Source of the DNA: Coriobacteriia bacterium
GTDB lineage: Bacteria > Actinomycetota > Coriobacteriia > Anaerosomatales > PHET01
Direction: 5' to 3'
Length of the DNA: 64,000 nt
Assembly (NCBI GenBank): GCA_035687245.1
Contig: DASRYH010000008.1
Span: forward strand, 180,138 to 244,137
In this document: positions 1 to 7,664 of the stretch, piece after piece
Position numbering within the stretch: the first letter of the stretch is position 1
Layout of the letters: each line of letters begins with the position of its first letter
The notes under the pieces: generated by a model
Database searches by the model: none
Told to the model about the DNA's origin: nothing
The model's input: the letters and a program-made list of their open reading frames with translations, nothing else
Translations under genes and position numbers: made by a program

Positions 1-396
1 CTCAGGATGATCTGGAAGGACCAAACCTACGTGGCAGCCTCAATCGACCAAGATTATGGTGTCGGCGTCGAAATGGCCAAGGGCTATGACGCTGCGGCCG
101 ACCTTTCAGGCGGAGAGGATGTCTGCTTGGCCCTGTCCTTCAGCCAGGCGCTTGGCCGAGTATCTGACTTCGACGTGCCGCTGGTCTTTGATAGCCCCCT
201 AGTCAAGGTCGATGACGAGGTGAAGGTGCTCGTTGCGCAGACGATGCTCAAGAACCTGAACGGACGCCAGCTCATACTGCTTATGAAGCCGGACGAGTTT
301 GGTGCAGTTGAGAGCACTTTCGTCGAGAGCGGGGTCTCATCGGTGGTTCGAATTGAATTTGACGAAGCAGCCCAGTCGACCACGGTGGTGATCTAG
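1..396 (+). CDS. C-terminal fragment (5' end outside window) of an SMC/ABC-type ATPase resembling DndD-family proteins
   Basis: The frame is open to nt 1. The translation has an ABC-signature-like LSGGE, then about 25 aa later VPLVFDSPLVKVDD (hydrophobic-D Walker B/D-loop), then QLILLMKPDEF. Order and spacing match the LSxGE...PhhhDTPLGRLD...QhhhLSTDxE C-terminus I recall for DndD/SMC-like ATPases. The TAG stop (394-396) overlaps the GTG of the next ORF by 1 nt. Confidence 0.6.
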   Translation, partial: LRMIWKDQTYVAASIDQDYGVGVEMAKGYDAAADLSGGEDVCLALSFSQALGRVSDFDVPLVFDSPLVKVDDEVKVLVAQTMLKNLNGRQLILLMKPDEFGAVESTFVESGVSSVVRIEFDEAAQSTTVVI

Positions 397-818
397 TGGC
401 TCAGAGAGACCGTGTATACATCGACGGCGAACGCCGCGGTGAATTTGAGACCCTTGCGCGCCGAATGGGCGGCGTGGACAACAAGGACGCATTTCTCTTT
501 GCTATGTCATATGGTTTCGCTCACGGTATGCGCAAGCCGTTCAGGGATCGGTACGGCTTCGTGCTGTCTAAGTACTTCAACGAGGAAGACCACTGCCTAA
601 TGGCAGCGGTGGCGATGGCAGGGCGAGATGAGATTAGCGAGGACTTCTCGATGGATGAGGCATACGGCATCGCGGAGGAGTACGCCCGCGGTGGCATCGG
701 GCTACTGAGAGAGCAACTCGCTGACGGCGTTGAGTTCCGTGAGAACTTGTCAATCGAGGTTCTTCAGACAGCCGCAGGGCTAGCGATAAGTGAACGAAGC
801 GGGGATGCAACAGAGTGA
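396..818 (+). CDS. Small (140 aa) hypothetical protein, possibly DndE-like DNA-binding protein
   Basis: GTG start overlaps the upstream stop (TAGTG) and its stop overlaps the next start (GTGA at 815-818). It sits directly after the DndD-like ATPase, as dndE follows dndD. The segment GGVDNKDAFLFAMSYGFAHG ... YFNEEDHCLMAAVAMAG loosely parallels my recollection of DndE (GITPNVLCRFALMYSLEEG ... EFNAYTLTGEY..LL.ALV). The assignment comes from memory only and is weak. Confidence 0.45.
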   Translation: MAQRDRVYIDGERRGEFETLARRMGGVDNKDAFLFAMSYGFAHGMRKPFRDRYGFVLSKYFNEEDHCLMAAVAMAGRDEISEDFSMDEAYGIAEEYARGGIGLLREQLADGVEFRENLSIEVLQTAAGLAISERSGDATE

Positions 819-2047
819 GCAAGATCCTGCTGGTTCAACCCAGATTCCCGCTGCCCGCCAAGAGCCTGAACCACAAGGACTACTTGCCGATCGGGCTTCT
901 GAAGCTCTCGACCTGGCACAAGGAGCAGGGTGACGAAGTTCAGGCCGACTTCGGTGTGTATCGCATTCGCGAGGACTGGGTACCAGACACTATTTACGTC
1001 ACGTCCCTGTTCACCTACTGGGCAAATGCTGTTCGTGAGGCTGTACGCTTCTATCGGGATGCGTATGGCAGTGGCGCGGAGATTGTCGTCGGAGGCATAT
1101 ATGCCTCCCTTGAACCGGTGCACTGCAAGCAGCACACCGGATGCGACCGCGTCCATGAGGGTGTCCACGTGCAGGCGGAAGCGTTGTCACACACTCTGGC
1201 ACCCGACTACGGCCTACTGGAGCCAGAGCCGGAGTTCCAAATTGTCCATGCCTCGAGGGGCTGCATCCGCAAATGCACGTTCTGTGGAACTCATAGAATC
1301 GAGGAGGAGTTTCTGCCAAAGGCCTCCATCATGAGTGAGTTGAAGAAGAACCACTTGGTCTTCTACGACAACAACCTTCTGGCCAATCCCTACATCGGGG
1401 ACATCTTTGAGGAAATCGCGTCAACAAGAATGCATGGCCGTGTCATCACTTGTGAGAGCCAGAGCGGGATAGATGGGCGAATACTCCGAAAGGAACCGCA
1501 TCTCGCCGCTGCGATGAAGCGAGCTAGATTCAAGAATGTCCGCATCGCATGGGACGCGGGATTGGGTGAGCGGGGACGGGTTGCAGAGCAGCTTCAGATC
1601 CTCGAAGATGCGGGATTCTCCCGCAAGGAGATCCAGGTCTTCATGATCTACAACCATGACCTCGATCCCGAGGTGATGGTGGAGAAGGCGCAGCAGTGCT
1701 TCGATTGGGGCGTGCAAGTCTCAGATTGTCGCTACCGCCCGCTCGATGCCTTCAGTGACGGTTATCGGCCAATGAAGAAGTCGCAGGATCGTGGTGAGTA
1801 TCACATCCACCCGAACTGGTCTGACGCAGACGTAAGAGCTTTTCGTCGCCTCGTTCGCGAAAACAACATCTGCATTCGCTACGGCATTCCGAAAGACAGA
1901 TACGATCAGCGGCTTGAGGGCTTCTCAAGGCATGCTCGGGTTGAGATCGCTGAGATGCTTGGAATTGACGGACGCCTCAAGCACTCAGACTCGGAGCTCG
2001 CTCGAATCAATGAGGAATGGCTCAAGTCGCGCGAGGTGCATGGGTGA
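815..2047 (+). CDS. B12-binding-domain-type (class B-like) radical SAM protein
   Basis: The N-terminus (KILLVQPRFP...DYLPIGLLKLSTWHKEQGDEV...PDTIYVTS...IVVGGIYASLEP) has the pattern of the B12-binding-like Rossmann domain of class B radical SAM enzymes. It is followed by HASRGCIRKCTFCG, a CxxxCxxC 4Fe-4S/SAM motif. Both junctions are GTGA 4-nt overlaps. Confidence 0.8.
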   Translation: MSKILLVQPRFPLPAKSLNHKDYLPIGLLKLSTWHKEQGDEVQADFGVYRIREDWVPDTIYVTSLFTYWANAVREAVRFYRDAYGSGAEIVVGGIYASLEPVHCKQHTGCDRVHEGVHVQAEALSHTLAPDYGLLEPEPEFQIVHASRGCIRKCTFCGTHRIEEEFLPKASIMSELKKNHLVFYDNNLLANPYIGDIFEEIASTRMHGRVITCESQSGIDGRILRKEPHLAAAMKRARFKNVRIAWDAGLGERGRVAEQLQILEDAGFSRKEIQVFMIYNHDLDPEVMVEKAQQCFDWGVQVSDCRYRPLDAFSDGYRPMKKSQDRGEYHIHPNWSDADVRAFRRLVRENNICIRYGIPKDRYDQRLEGFSRHARVEIAEMLGIDGRLKHSDSELARINEEWLKSREVHG

Positions 2048-4491
2048 GCGTCTTTGACGATCCGTCTGACTGGGGCGTGGGACCCACGGGACTCTTCGGA
2101 CGAGTAGTTCGGTATCCGAGAAGGGGACAGGCTCTCGTGCCTGTCGCTCTTCAAAGGGATCTGGACTTGGCCTTGCCATCGGGCTACAGACGCATTGGAT
2201 TCCGCCGCTATTCAGACCTGAACGAGAAGGTGTGGCATGCCTTCACCGAGCACGAATGCCTTTGCCTCGCAGACAAGGCATCCGCGGAATTGAGGAGTAT
2301 TCCTCCCGAGCGTCTGTCCATCGGACCGCGCAAACTCGGGGAATTGTACGGGAGTGAGTCTCCAGCCAATCCCATCGTACTGGGCGCGCGCTCCTGGAAT
2401 CGATTTAGGCTCGGAAGAATCACGACCTGGAGTCAGATGGCTGAGATGACACCGAGTGATCTGCTCTCGATTCGCAGCTTTGGGACTAAGGCGCTGCTTG
2501 ATGTTCTGGTCGCCACGGAGTCCGCCTTCTGGAGTCAGCCTCAAGCCCCTGAGCCGAGCATCAGCCGGATTGTCACGACTCCTTGGAGACGAAGTCCGAG
2601 CCGCTTTCCGAGGCCGACACACAGCCTGGTGCCTCGTGTACTTGCGCCGCTACTTCAGTGCGCCATGCCGTCAGGACTTCAGCGCTCTGGGTTCTCGAAC
2701 TTCGGGGACTTGGATGACCGCGTATGGTCTGTCTACCAGCCGATAGAGATCGTGCGGCTGACGGATCTCGCCGCCAGTGCAGTACAGGGCGTGCGTACAT
2801 CGCTTCCACCCAAACTAGGCCTCGCGCAGCTCCAGGACCTTTTTGCGCTGGAGGGTGGCCAAGTTGACTTGACTGTCAGAACAAGGAATTGCCTTGGGCG
2901 AGCAGGCCTCAACACTTGGGAGAGACTCGGCGCAGCAACCATTAGTGAGATCCTGTCTATTGGCGGTTTTGGCGCTCTGAGCTTCATGGACCTGCTGACC
3001 TCGATTGAGTCCATCTCACGCCTGAATCCTCTCGAGGATTCCATCTACTCTCGCAGACGAGTTCTAGAGCCGCTTGATCTGGGTTCTCGTCCGTTGGACG
3101 TGGCTCTTCGAGAAGTACTCTGTCAGGCGGCCAAGAACGAACGCGCAAGCGAGATGATGCTATTGCGCCACGGCTGGGGTGGAACGGCACCGCTGACACT
3201 CGAGGAAACCGCACGCCGGTTCGGCGTCACTCGCGAGCGCATTCGACAGATTTGCAAGAAGGTAGAGTCTCGGATCTTGGAGGCGGGTGTAGCGGGGACC
3301 GCACTCACCGATGCGCTGGCTGTAGCTGGATCCAGCATCCCGATGGACAAGGCGCTGCTGGAGAGGACCTTGCTTACGCAGGGGCTTGTTCAAGACGCCT
3401 TCTCAGTGGAGTCACTGCTCGATGCGGCGCGGTTCTTCGGCGCAGAAGCCAGCTTCCGTATACGGGGTGACCAGGTCGTCTCGCTGGATAGTGTGACTGA
3501 CGAGGATGATATCGGCGACGCGATTCACTCGCTGATGTCACGCTGTTCAATTCGTGCGTACGCCGACCTAGTTTGCGCCGCTGGCGCTGAAGAGTCCCAT
3601 GATGACGATCTGCGCCATGCCATTGATGAGGACCCGGAACTCCTATGGCTTGATGATGAGAGAAGCTGGGTCGGGATGCCGTCCTTAGTGGCCACCAAGG
3701 ATCGAGTTGGCAACCGACTGAGGAAAGCCCTGGCTATGGCTGACACCGCACTCTCAATAGAGTCGATGGTCGATGCTGTAGGTAGAGACAGGCGAGGCGT
3801 CGAGGTTCCAAGCTCAGTGATGCAGGTGTATGCGACGAACAGCCCGTGGCTGCAGCAGGATGGGGCTCGTTTCGCTGCGGCCCCACCACTTAGGGGCGAG
3901 GAAGTTCTTCAGGGCGCGGAGCTTCAACTGGTCCGGGCGCTTAGGGATGAAGGCGGCATTGCACACCTCCACGATCTATGGTCCGTCGCCTATCGGCTGG
4001 GAGTGGGGAAGGTGAACTTCCACCGCTTGCTCGCCGAGTCTCCATGCGTAGTCAAACACGGGCCTTGTGTGTACGGGCTCAGGGGTGCGGACGTTTCGGC
4101 AAACGAAGTGTACGAGCGCGTACGTGAGGTCGAGAAGCATCGAGCGGTTCGTCTTGGAGGCAGTGGCCCGGTCACCTGGGTACTGTGGCGTCTCGCGGCC
4201 AGCGGCATCCGTATGGGGCGATGTAGTCTCCGGCAAGTGCCCTCAGGGCTAGTCGAGGGCACATATGACGTTCGGGTCGACGAGTCCGGGCCAAGCTTTC
4301 CGGTGAGAGTCGAAGACAACATAGTCTGCGGCGCCCTTGGAAGTCTCCTTAGAGTCATAGAGGCGTCTTCTGGCCGCCTGCTGCTACTTGTACTTGATGG
4401 CGCATCAATGTCCGGGACAGGAATGCTGGTCGGCGATCAATGGTCAATTGCCGACGATGACGAGATCGATGAGTTGGTCGGAACCCTCTGA
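2044..4491 (+). CDS. Large multidomain protein: two RNA polymerase alpha-CTD-like (HhH) modules + sigma-70 region 4.2-like HTH + unassigned C-terminal half
   Basis: The start could be ATG 2017 (31-nt overlap) or GTG 2044 (GTGA overlap with the radical SAM stop). I prefer 2044 because every other junction in this operon is an overlap of this kind. [49 protein letters not shown] aligns residue for residue with E. coli alpha-CTD [48 protein letters not shown]. A weaker copy is [72 protein letters not shown] matches sigma-70 region 4.2 ([27 protein letters not shown]). Confidence 0.7.
   Translation: [815 protein letters not shown]
2131..3012 (+). repeat. Intragenic tandem duplication of a module of about 130 aa (about 2131-2523 and 2623-3012)
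   Basis: [38 protein letters not shown] and [38 protein letters not shown] share 16 of 38 identical positions in my hand alignment. Each copy ends in an alpha-CTD-like HhH motif. Confidence 0.6.
3193..3279 (+). other. Sigma-70 region 4.2-like helix-turn-helix segment inside the large protein
   Basis: It translates as [38 protein letters not shown] is the hallmark core of sigma-70 region 4.2. Confidence 0.7.
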
Positions 4492-4845
4492 GTTTCGCGC
4501 GTTCTGATTGTCACTCGTACACCAGACGACCCAGAAGTGCATCAGACCACCCGGTCCCCCGGCGAGTCCTCCTGTCGGACGTCCACTAGCTTGACGCATC
4601 GCGGTGTAGTCGCCACGACCGTGGTCTGCCGATGTAATAGTGATTTGTGAGCTAGTGAGCGAGCGAGATTCTCACCGCCGCTAGTCGTGGGATGGCGACA
4701 GGGTTGATCGAGGGAACTTTGTGAGCTGCGAATTCTCATTCATTTCGGCTCCTGCACTACCCCCTCTTGGCCCGCGCCGGGGGTCTGTTGTGCTTGCCTG
4801 TTCTCGTTGCTAGGCAGAATGCTGACCGGTGGCGTTGCCGTGGAA

Positions 4846-5244
4846 TCAGCCGATTCCCAATTCCTTCAGAACCAAGGCGACTGCGTCCACCGTGGCTGGC
4901 TGGCCGAAGTGATACTTGCGATGACAACTTGCACACAGCGAGATGCACACGCTCGCGTCGATATCAGTGCGTGATTGTCGCTCCCATTTTGAGTAGACGT
5001 GGTGATTGTCCAACGCGCCCTGGTAGTCCTCGCCGCAGACAACGCACGGTCTTCGTTTGCGGGGACGCCTCTGTGGGTTGGCCGCAGGCAGAGGAGCGGG
5101 CCGCCCGGTGCGACCTATTGCCAACCGCGGCTGTCGGACAGAACCACCCCGTATCTCCGCGATCCACTCACCATAGTGTGACGAGAGCCACTCACTTGGT
5201 GGGGTCCACTCGGGTTCGTGCTCTGTCACGCGAGGTCCCCTCAC
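4846..5244 (-). CDS. HNH endonuclease family protein
   Basis: CVVCGE...DNHHV...LCASCHRKYH forms a Cys-pair / His-Asn-His type HNH motif in a basic 132-aa protein. It is on the opposite strand to the surrounding island genes. Confidence 0.65.
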   Translation of the reverse strand: MRGPRVTEHEPEWTPPSEWLSSHYGEWIAEIRGGSVRQPRLAIGRTGRPAPLPAANPQRRPRKRRPCVVCGEDYQGALDNHHVYSKWERQSRTDIDASVCISLCASCHRKYHFGQPATVDAVALVLKELGIG

Positions 5245-5905
5245 GAACGAGCCGGACCTTCGCCAGTTCGCGCAGGACCGACGTACTAAGGTGGTCAGTC
5301 CTTGTGACGATTCTTACCACAGACCGTGCGAACGGGACAGGATGGCATCCCTTGGGTGATTCATCACCGGGTCAGCGCTCGCCGTGGCTGACCCCCGCTT
5401 CTCCTGAGAAGAGGTAGCGATATGCCACTGATCACAGACCGTGGCCATGCTCCGGCGAAAAGGGTAGTGATGTGTGGCACCAGCCGTCGGCTCCACAGAA
5501 GGTATGAAGAATAGGCCTTAGTTCGTCAGGATGCCCCCATACTCAAGTCAGGCGGGGATGGATGGGCATTCTCGGGGGTCCACAGGCACTACATGAGGCC
5601 AATCTGGACCAATAGGCCCCTAGTTTGTTCAAGAGGGCCCACACTGATCGAAGACAAGACCACCAGGCAGAGAGGGGACCGATCCGAGGTAGCGACATTT
5701 CAGGGCGCGCCTACAGCAGGGGCGAACGCACCGACCGAGCACTGCTAACACTCTGAGCCTCTTCGGCTCACAACTCACGTACCCGCATAGATGAACCGGC
5801 CATTGCTGTCTTTGGCTTGTTCGGTCACGTCCAGAAGGCCCCTGATGCCCCCAAACAAGCACTTCGTGTTCGTGACTGCGGAAATCGATTCTGAAAACCC
5901 TTTGA

Positions 5906-6331
5906 TTGGTTAGGAGACCAATGCAGCTGATCTTCGACGACCTGGGCTACAAGCTCGTTCCCTACGCTTCTGGCCTTTGCTACGAAATCTGGCGATATCT
6001 GCCCGAGCGCATCGCCAAGCGGGGTCGGACGTCCGGCAAGGTGGCGCCCGCGGGATGGAAGTCGATCGACTGTTATCCCGTAGATCCCCATGCAGGGGCG
6101 CTGAAGGTTTACAGCCTTTGCGTCAATGCCGACCCCTCAGTTCATCAGCATTGGGAGAGCGCGGTTAAGCGCATGGAGGAGATTCGCGACTCCATCCTCC
6201 GTGCCACATGGCGTGAGGTGGGAGACGATGCACCGCCACGCTCGCTCTGTAACTGCGGCAATCAGTGCGCGTGTCGTAGCACCGCCACCAACCCCCCGGT
6301 AGGGGGGTGTGTCTCGGAGCGGGACTCCTAA
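5906..6331 (+). CDS. Hypothetical island protein (Cys-rich C-terminus CNCGNQCAC)
   Basis: The ORF is followed by a good hairpin terminator at 6378-6397. I recognise no motif. The start may be ATG 5921. Confidence 0.35.
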   Translation: MVRRPMQLIFDDLGYKLVPYASGLCYEIWRYLPERIAKRGRTSGKVAPAGWKSIDCYPVDPHAGALKVYSLCVNADPSVHQHWESAVKRMEEIRDSILRATWREVGDDAPPRSLCNCGNQCACRSTATNPPVGGCVSERDS

Positions 6332-6377
6332 CCCGCTTCCGTGTGCCGATCACATCATCGTTCTGACTCACCGAAGC

Positions 6378-6397
6378 GAAGGGCCACGAGGCCCTTC
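6378..6397 (+). terminator. Hairpin terminator after the hypothetical island gene
   Basis: GAAGGGCC-ACGA-GGCCCTTC is a perfect 8-bp stem with a 4-nt loop, followed by TTCATTT. Confidence 0.55.
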
Positions 6398-6461
6398 TTC
6401 ATTTGGGGGCTGGTGGTTCATTGGCGGGCCGCCAGCCCCATCCAAAGCTGAAAGGATATTG

Positions 6462-6659
6462 ATGAACCTCGATAACGCGGAAGAAGTCCTGACGATCAGC
6501 GAGGTGGCGAAGCTCCTCCGTATTGGACGCAACACGGCATATCGCATGGCGAAGCGGAAGACGATCCCGACCCTCAGTCTTGGCCGCCGCCTGGTAGTGC
6601 CGAAGCGAGCACTTCTCATCATGCTCTCTGATGGCTGTTCGTTCGTCGGAGTGCAGTAG
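6462..6659 (+). CDS. Excisionase/MerR-like helix-turn-helix DNA-binding protein (Xis-like)
   Basis: ATG 6462 is preceded by AAAGGA. The 65-aa product contains LTISEVAKLLRIGRNTAYRMAKRKTIPTLSLGRRLVVPK, typical of the excisionase-family HTH_17 pattern. Its stop is immediately followed by the ATG of the next gene (TAG-ATG at 6657-6662). Confidence 0.7.
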   Translation: MNLDNAEEVLTISEVAKLLRIGRNTAYRMAKRKTIPTLSLGRRLVVPKRALLIMLSDGCSFVGVQ

Positions 6660-7649
6660 ATGGCGGGCCTCGGAATCATCTCTTTGGAGGACGTTGCCAC
6701 TACGGAGATGGAGTGGCTTTGGCCGGGATGGATTCCGAAAGGAGCACTGACGTTCCTGGTGGGGGATCCAGGAGTAGGGAAGTCCAGTCTCTCTTGGGAC
6801 CTGGCCGCCCGACTTAGTACCGGGGACGATCTTCCGGATGGCGGCGAGGGTAGGTCGGGCAGGGCACTGATCATCTCTGGTGAGGATGGGCTTTCTGACT
6901 GGATTCGCCCCCAGCTCATCGCGTACGGAGCGCGAATCGACAACATCTCGGCGATGAACATGCGATCCCAGGAGCGGGGACTCAGGCTCGACACCGATTG
7001 CGAGGAGCTGGAGCGACTCGTGGACAAGAAGAACATCGAGCTCGTCATCATTGATCCGCTTGACGCGTTCCTGGGCCGCAGCAATCCGAACAGTGGTGCG
7101 GACATCAGGGCCATCACCAATGGTCTGGCAGGACTTGCGCAGAGGACGGGAGCGGCTGTTCTTGTCCTGCATCACTTCAACAAGAAGGAGAAGGCGGCCG
7201 CCGGCCACCGCGTCTCGGGTTCGATCGACTTGGTGGGGGCGGCTCGCTCGGTGCTCTACCTCGTCGTGCATCGGCGCAAGAACACGCATCGCATCTTGTA
7301 CCGGCAGAAGGGGAACTGCGGCCGGGCCCCACAGCCCATGCTGCTCGGACTTGGTAAGGGCGAGCGCTTGGAGTGGAGTCAGACGCCCGACGACTTCGAC
7401 TTGGATACGTACGCGACGGGTCGCAGGAGCGCCGCGGTAGCTGAGGCAGTGCGCTTTCTCAAGACGATCATGGACGAACACAACGGATGTGTTGAATCGT
7501 CTGTGGTGCTCAGGGAGGCTGCAGCCGCAGGGATTTCCCGGCACGCCCTCGAGAGGGCAAAGGACGAACTCTGTGTGTCTTCGAGGAAGAGTAAGAGCAA
7601 GTTCAAGGGTGGCTGGGCGTACTGCTACGAGGAGGACGAGGAGTCCTAG
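6660..7649 (+). CDS. RecA-like AAA ATPase of mobile elements (AAA_25 / RepA-like)
   Basis: It has Walker A GDPGVGKSS and Walker B LVIIDPLDAFLG, and the N-terminus EWLWPGWIPKGALTFLVG is typical of the phage/ICE AAA_25 family. It lies between the Xis-like gene and the integrase. Confidence 0.7.
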   Translation: MAGLGIISLEDVATTEMEWLWPGWIPKGALTFLVGDPGVGKSSLSWDLAARLSTGDDLPDGGEGRSGRALIISGEDGLSDWIRPQLIAYGARIDNISAMNMRSQERGLRLDTDCEELERLVDKKNIELVIIDPLDAFLGRSNPNSGADIRAITNGLAGLAQRTGAAVLVLHHFNKKEKAAAGHRVSGSIDLVGAARSVLYLVVHRRKNTHRILYRQKGNCGRAPQPMLLGLGKGERLEWSQTPDDFDLDTYATGRRSAAVAEAVRFLKTIMDEHNGCVESSVVLREAAAAGISRHALERAKDELCVSSRKSKSKFKGGWAYCYEEDEES

Positions 7650-7664
7650 GGAGGAATAGCTCAT

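Noticed and set aside
4767-5417. 216-aa plus-strand ORF in the island
   Set aside because: The translation is Arg/Pro-rich. It overlaps the HNH nuclease ORF on the other strand, which has a real catalytic motif.
4492-5900. Search for a direct repeat of the tRNA-Pro sequence (att site) inside the island
   Set aside because: By eye I found no copy of the 5' or 3' tRNA segments (for example GGCGCAGTTTGG or GGTTCAAATCCTG). The island's left boundary is probably outside the window, so att sites are not reported.
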